DNA of 64,000 bases, taken from positions 320,001-384,000 of the forward strand of contig CAWAKC010000001.1 in NCBI GenBank assembly GCA_963782525.1, given 5' to 3'. Below are positions 59,408 through 64,000 of the stretch, in pieces. The translations under genes and the position numbers were made by a program. The DNA comes from Candidatus Bathyarchaeota archaeon (GTDB lineage Archaea > Thermoproteota > Bathyarchaeia > Bathyarchaeales > Bathycorpusculaceae). The notes below the pieces were generated by a model. That model searched no databases. It saw nothing but the letters and a program-made list of their open reading frames with translations, and was not told where the DNA came from. Position 1 is the first letter of the stretch, and each line of letters opens with the position of its first letter.

Positions 59408-60042
59408 AGAGAAAATATGCTCTGTTTGCAGTAATGTTTGCTGTCTCAATATTGATTGGCATGCAAGTTGTTAGGATTGCAGAGGCTAATCCTACCATGT
59501 TTGGGAAGACCCGCTACTGTCATATCTCTATTGAATCTCCTAAGAATGGGACCACGTTAAATACTCAACCTGTTGCATTAAACTTCACAGTGACAGAGGT
59601 AAAAATGGCTTCTGACTATACTTACTTCTACCTCTTAGATACTCAAGACCTCCAATATGGTGTCAGAGTTCAGAATCTGGTTTTGGTTAGCAAAGAAACA
59701 GTAACTAATGACACTTTTTTTCCATATGAAAGACAAATGTTTGCAGGAGGAGCAATCTTGCCTATTTTGGCAAGTGGAAGTCATAACTTAACTGTCTTTA
59801 TTGGTTACGCCATTGGTGATGGGACATTAAAGGCCGCAAATGTTGAACCTTTCTCATCTGCAATTAGTTTTAACATAGACAATAAGACTGTGATTCCATC
59901 TCAGACAACAGGGATTTCAAATGTTTCTTACAATCAAGATGACCTTCCAGCATACCTTGTAGTTGCTGTGCCAATTGTAATAGTAGCTGTAATAGCCTCT
60001 TTGTCATTGATTTACTTTAAGAGAAGAAAGGGAAAACAATGA
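59404..60042 (+). CDS. Surface protein, ATGA-coupled
   Basis: MKRKYALF...AEANP; C-terminal LIYFKRRKGKQ. Confidence 0.85.
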   Translation: MKRKYALFAVMFAVSILIGMQVVRIAEANPTMFGKTRYCHISIESPKNGTTLNTQPVALNFTVTEVKMASDYTYFYLLDTQDLQYGVRVQNLVLVSKETVTNDTFFPYERQMFAGGAILPILASGSHNLTVFIGYAIGDGTLKAANVEPFSSAISFNIDNKTVIPSQTTGISNVSYNQDDLPAYLVVAVPIVIVAVIASLSLIYFKRRKGKQ

Positions 60043-60698
60043 AGAGAAAATGTGCTCTGTTTACTGTAGTGTTTGCGGTTTCAATATTGATGGGGATACA
60101 AGCAGTTGAGGTGGTGGAAGCTAATTACAGCACCGATTATCCAGAATCTCCCGACACAAACAAACCTTCAATAATTATGCAAAATCCAGAAAATGATAAA
60201 ATATCCAAAGTTAATTATGTTAACCTTTCCTGCAACATACAAACACCAGCCTCCTGGATTAAAAATGGCCATGCTGTTGCAGAATTAACTTCAATTAGTA
60301 TTGTCCTTGATGGAGAAAAGGTAGAGGACACACGCCTCATATTTGACCATTTCAATTATTCAAAGCCACTTTACTCGTTCACTAAAATCATTCCGGAATT
60401 ATCAGAAGGAAATCACAGCTTACAACTTTATTTGCACTCAGTTAGCTATTATTACACTCCAACGACAACTAGGCTCCTGCACCCTTTTGAGCAACCAATG
60501 GAAACGTCCTCACATATCGTTAACTTTAGTGTTGATACAACCCTTTCTGCAACAATAAGACCCTCACCTTCAGCTAATCCACTTGTGGATGTTCTTGCTT
60601 CAAACAATTTAGTAATAATAAGTTTGGTTGTAATAGTGGCTGTTGCTTCAATCGCATTGGTTTACTTTAAGAGAAGAAAGAGTAAACTAGCAAGGTAG
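60039..60698 (+). CDS. Surface protein, ATGA-coupled
   Basis: MKRKCALF...VEAN; LSEGNHSL; C-terminal LVYFKRRK. Confidence 0.85.
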   Translation: MKRKCALFTVVFAVSILMGIQAVEVVEANYSTDYPESPDTNKPSIIMQNPENDKISKVNYVNLSCNIQTPASWIKNGHAVAELTSISIVLDGEKVEDTRLIFDHFNYSKPLYSFTKIIPELSEGNHSLQLYLHSVSYYYTPTTTRLLHPFEQPMETSSHIVNFSVDTTLSATIRPSPSANPLVDVLASNNLVIISLVVIVAVASIALVYFKRRKSKLAR

Positions 60699-60840
60699 CA
60701 AAGTTTTCTCTGAATTACTTTCAAACTCTAAAAAGGCATGAAGCAAAAATCTGTTGGCGATAACTTGTTGTATCCTTTTTGTAGTCACACATGTTCTTAT
60801 TCCCTGGTTTGATTGACAATTATCTCGGAGAGCAAAATAA

Positions 60841-61047
60841 ATGACTGTCGTGAAAATAATTGAGTTAATTGGGACTTCACCAAATGATTGGGAAGATGCT
60901 GTTAAGAATGCTTTAGCACAAGCGGCAAAGACAATTAAAAACATTAAATCTATCTATGTTAAAAGCTGCAAGGCAACAGTGGAAAACAACAAAATTGCAG
61001 AATACAGAGCAGTAGTCAAAATAGCCTTCGTTGTTGAAGGAAGCTAA
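60841..61047 (+). CDS. Dodecin (flavin-binding)
   Basis: KIIELIGTSPNDWEDAVKNA...EYRAVVKIAF. Confidence 0.92.
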   Translation: MTVVKIIELIGTSPNDWEDAVKNALAQAAKTIKNIKSIYVKSCKATVENNKIAEYRAVVKIAFVVEGS

Positions 61048-61228
61048 AGCAATATTCTAGTGTTCCTATCTTTTTTCTTTTATAAGACAGAAGCTATGCT
61101 TTTTACTAAATAGGTCTTACGTCTTAGTACCTTCTTAATGCAAAACACTTTTTCAACGAACTCTACATGTTGCTGCATACATGCAGTCACATCATTATTT
61201 ATCTGCTAAGAATCAAGTATCATGATAG

Positions 61229-61294
61229 GTAGAAGTTACCTTGGACACAGGCATTTCTCTCTCTTCCTGATGTTTGTGCCCAAGTTAACTCTAC
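61229..61294. other. Long imperfect intergenic hairpin (~25-bp stem)
   Basis: GTAGAAGTTACCTTGGACACAGGCAT pairs with ATGTTTGTGCCCAAGTTAACTCTAC. Confidence 0.6.
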
Positions 61295-62193
61295 TTTCTC
61301 TCTTCCTACGTATTTTTGATAGTTTGATGAAATAAAAATATAATGGTAATCTCTTTTTCTTTTGCAGTGCTAATCAGCTAAACAATATCTAAAACAGGTC
61401 TTACGCCTCAATACCTTTCAAGATTTTTTTCGCATTTGACCTAGCATTGCTAGTCCAATCAATATTGCCTCTTCACTACTTTTTTAAAGGCATCGAAAGA
61501 CCGCTAAATCAAATCGATAGACATTTTTCCACCGTAACCTTCAAGCATCCTCTTTCATAGTTTATTGAATTGCTGGTTTTTAGTTGTGTTCATTGATTTG
61601 TTTGTTTTTGATTGTTGTTTTTGGATAAAATGGTTATTTAACCCTTGCTTTCAGATTGTAGGTTGTATTTGGTCTCTTGGTTGATGTTGGAGCGTTGAAA
61701 ACTGAGTTTAGAGGGGCTGTTAGATAAGTTTTCTGAGCGTATTTCTAAGATGCCAGTTTAGTTACGCTACTTGCTGCTGTTTTTTAGGTGTTGTTTATCG
61801 GTAGAATCTTTTTTATGGGTAAGCTTTGCTACTGGTCTCTTTCTATGAGAGAGGTTTTTGTGTCCAAGTATGAAAAACACACAATTTCCCAGTAAATCAA
61901 AGCATGATTACAGAGTTTTGGTGCAAAGGCGCAACTCATGACTATCCGTACTATTGGATAGATGAAATTTGGTTCAAGTAACCTTTTTTCTAATGTGTGA
62001 TTTTTTTATTTGAATTCAAGTGTGCTTGTATCACAAAGACTGCCTGATTGTACGCACCACAATTTCCAACATGAGAAAGCTCTACATGCCTATTTAGAAA
62101 CTTAACGTTGTGACTGTTGTGAACCAGTCACTGAAGTTAATATGTTATTAAAACTATGTAAATGCATTGCCAATCTTGCTAAAGTGATCTTGT

Positions 62194-62442
62194 TTGAAAA
62201 AGAAATTAAGTGGACAATGCCCTTGCGGCTATTTTTTTGGTACTTTTGATAATGCAAAAGATGCAATAGTCAAAATAAGATTACATTTTGATTTCTATCA
62301 TAAGGATTTTCTTCCTTTTGGAATTAGTGACACTGAAGCTTTGGCTTTGTTAAAGAAAGGAATATCGCAAGGGAAAAAACTAATTTGTTCAAACAATGTT
62401 TGTTACAAGCAAGATCGAAGAATAGCTCAACAAATGACATAA
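62194..62442 (+). CDS. Small Cys/His metal-binding protein (DUF1059-like)
   Basis: CPCG...HFDFYH pattern. Confidence 0.55.
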   Translation: MKKKLSGQCPCGYFFGTFDNAKDAIVKIRLHFDFYHKDFLPFGISDTEALALLKKGISQGKKLICSNNVCYKQDRRIAQQMT

Positions 62443-62779
62443 GTTTCAGAAGTTTCCTCACTATTACTTATCTTATCTTTGTTTGTTTTTCGTTTGTTTT
62501 CTTTTCGTTGTTCTGTTTTCAGTGTGTTGGTTGGCTGTTTGTTTTTCGCTGTTGTTTGGGCGCAAAAAGTCTTTTTAGCGCTTGCTTACAGAATAGGAGT
62601 TATCATAGCTTTGTTTGTGGGATTTGAAGCATGGAATCGGGGGCAAAAGACTTGGAGGGTGTGTTGGCGAAGTTTTCAAAAAGAGTCAGCCGCCTGCCTG
62701 TTGATTTGCAGCATGTTTTTTGTGAAGACCTGGCGACTGCTGCAGAGAGTCGAATTTGTGTTTTAGAGAAATACGGGTT

Positions 62780-63054
62780 GCAGTCTTCTTGAATAGATTT
62801 GATTTAGGGCGCCAGCTGGAGAACTGCCAGCCCGGCGATCTAATATGTTGCATCTGGACCGATGCTTCCATTGGGAAAACAAGCACTAACGGCGGAGTTA
62901 TCGATGTTCCGGTGCGTAGTTGGGGTGTTTTTGTCGGGGTCTTTGGCAAGCGTAACACATTATTTTAGCCCAAAACAGCTTCGAATATGCTGACGGCCTC
63001 TGCGATCTGGACTATACAGCTATTCCGCTGGACTGGGCACATCATTGCCTGTAA
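62780..63054 (+). pseudogene. Frameshifted remnant of a hypothetical, possibly mobile-element, gene
   Basis: PGDLICCIWTDASIGK...VRSWGVFVG continues after a frameshift as HIILAQNSFEYADGLCDLDYTAIP. Confidence 0.55.
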
Positions 63055-63162
63055 ACTGATCCTTTTCGGCATCTCATCCGGGGTATCACTGGGATACTTT
63101 GGGGAAATCTTTTATTCATATAAGTCAACATCAATGTATGGCTAGATTCCTCCGCAACACAG
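63037..63162 (+). repeat. Right ~125-bp direct repeat
   Basis: Aligns to 51793-51917. Confidence 0.85.
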
Positions 63163-64000
63163 AGCTATACGAAATTATTCTTCAAAAATCATTAGAAACA
63201 AAAAATATTCTATGGGTATGCTCCCCCTCTCTTGGTTTAGGTGCCCACAGAGTTTTTTCTCAAGAAATTCTAAAGAATCCTCCCGCAGACCTCCGTTTTA
63301 TCTTTCAAGTAAATGATTTTACAGTCAATTCAGGAAAAGTCAATCCTTACGAAATACAATACCTCCTAGAGCACTTCAAGGACATCAGCATTAAATCTCA
63401 CGAAAATTTTAATTCAAACATCTACATTTTTGACGATTCAGCACTAATCACGTCAGCCTCCTTGACAGAAGCAGCGTTTGAAAGCAACATTGAAGCCGGG
63501 GTACTGCTTGAGGGGTCCGATGCAGAACAAGTAAAAAGTTTCTTCATTGAAAGCTTGTGGAACACTTCCAAATCGATAGGTGAATTAAAAAAATATAAGC
63601 TGATATGGAATTCAGCGCAGAAAGCAACCAAAAAAGCTAACCTGAAAAAAGTTAAGCCGCATACCAAAATCAAAGATTGGACAAATGCCTACATTAATAC
63701 GTGGTACATCGGAGTTCCCAAGGGGATATCTGCAAAATCTGAACGAAAGATAAAGAAAGAAATGAATTGGCAAACCAATCTCTCGGTTTTAGGAGACGTT
63801 GGTTACCAAGCGTTTATGCACCTTAAACTTGGCGACTACGCCTATTTAGCTGACTTTAGTAAACGCAGCAAAATCGGTTTTTCCTTAGTTCGAATCACTG
63901 ATAAAGTTAAAATTGAAACCGACGAGGGCGACCTTCACTGTGCCTACGAAACAGAAAAAAACTACATATTGGGCAGGGAACAATTTTATGATTTGCTAAA
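63138..64000 (+). CDS. Phospholipase D-like nuclease-fold protein, truncated by the window edge, not in the ORF track
   Basis: Open frame MARFLRNTELY...WVCSPSL...FNSNIYIFDDSALITSASLT....SNIEAGV. Confidence 0.8.
   Translation, partial: MARFLRNTELYEIILQKSLETKNILWVCSPSLGLGAHRVFSQEILKNPPADLRFIFQVNDFTVNSGKVNPYEIQYLLEHFKDISIKSHENFNSNIYIFDDSALITSASLTEAAFESNIEAGVLLEGSDAEQVKSFFIESLWNTSKSIGELKKYKLIWNSAQKATKKANLKKVKPHTKIKDWTNAYINTWYIGVPKGISAKSERKIKKEMNWQTNLSVLGDVGYQAFMHLKLGDYAYLADFSKRSKIGFSLVRITDKVKIETDEGDLHCAYETEKNYILGREQFYDLL

Noticed and set aside
61229-61294. Integron attC site
   Set aside because: Lacks the RYYYAAC...GTTRRRY order at the stem base and no integron integrase is in the window.
62385-62766. 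Phe/Val-rich ORFs
   Set aside because: Derived from low-complexity T/G-rich sequence with no family signature.

Overview
Archaeal chromosomal window, most likely Bathyarchaeia. This is inferred from aIF2-alpha, aRF1, Ftr, a PQQ-like beta-propeller surface protein, PEF-type anchored NosD-like proteins, and many TTG and leaderless starts. The core (about 4.8-44.8 kb) holds pyrF, ftr, aRF1, the DUF39/NIL-ferredoxin/ApbE-like homocysteine trio, argG-argH-carA-carB, thrC-hom-aspartate kinase, a group 3b [NiFe]-hydrogenase with fused beta-gamma subunits, a Pat-type acetyltransferase and DNA-repair genes. There are three accessory zones. (1) 0.3-4.4 kb: four degenerate tRNA-Leu-like 3' ends separate unrelated cargo genes, including a membrane-anchored Mrr-like/TIR protein. 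(2) 44.8-51.8 kb: an aconitase-IDH-ATP-citrate-lyase operon lies between 21-bp direct repeats. (3) 51.8-63.2 kb: an island between ~125-bp direct repeats carries seven modular surface-protein genes. The best candidate for an undescribed system is in zone 3: two block boundaries of the surface-protein array hold a 40-bp double-palindromic site (GTCAAR-N4-YTTGAC-N8-GTCAAR-N4-YTTGAC), visible only after removing an IS1182 element and two MITEs that each sit exactly in an arm centre. Also notable are a four-copy covarying hairpin repeat family, apparent ATA/ATC start codons in argG and aclA, and a +1 frameshift at a stop codon in hom. All family assignments come from motif recognition by eye; no database search was run.
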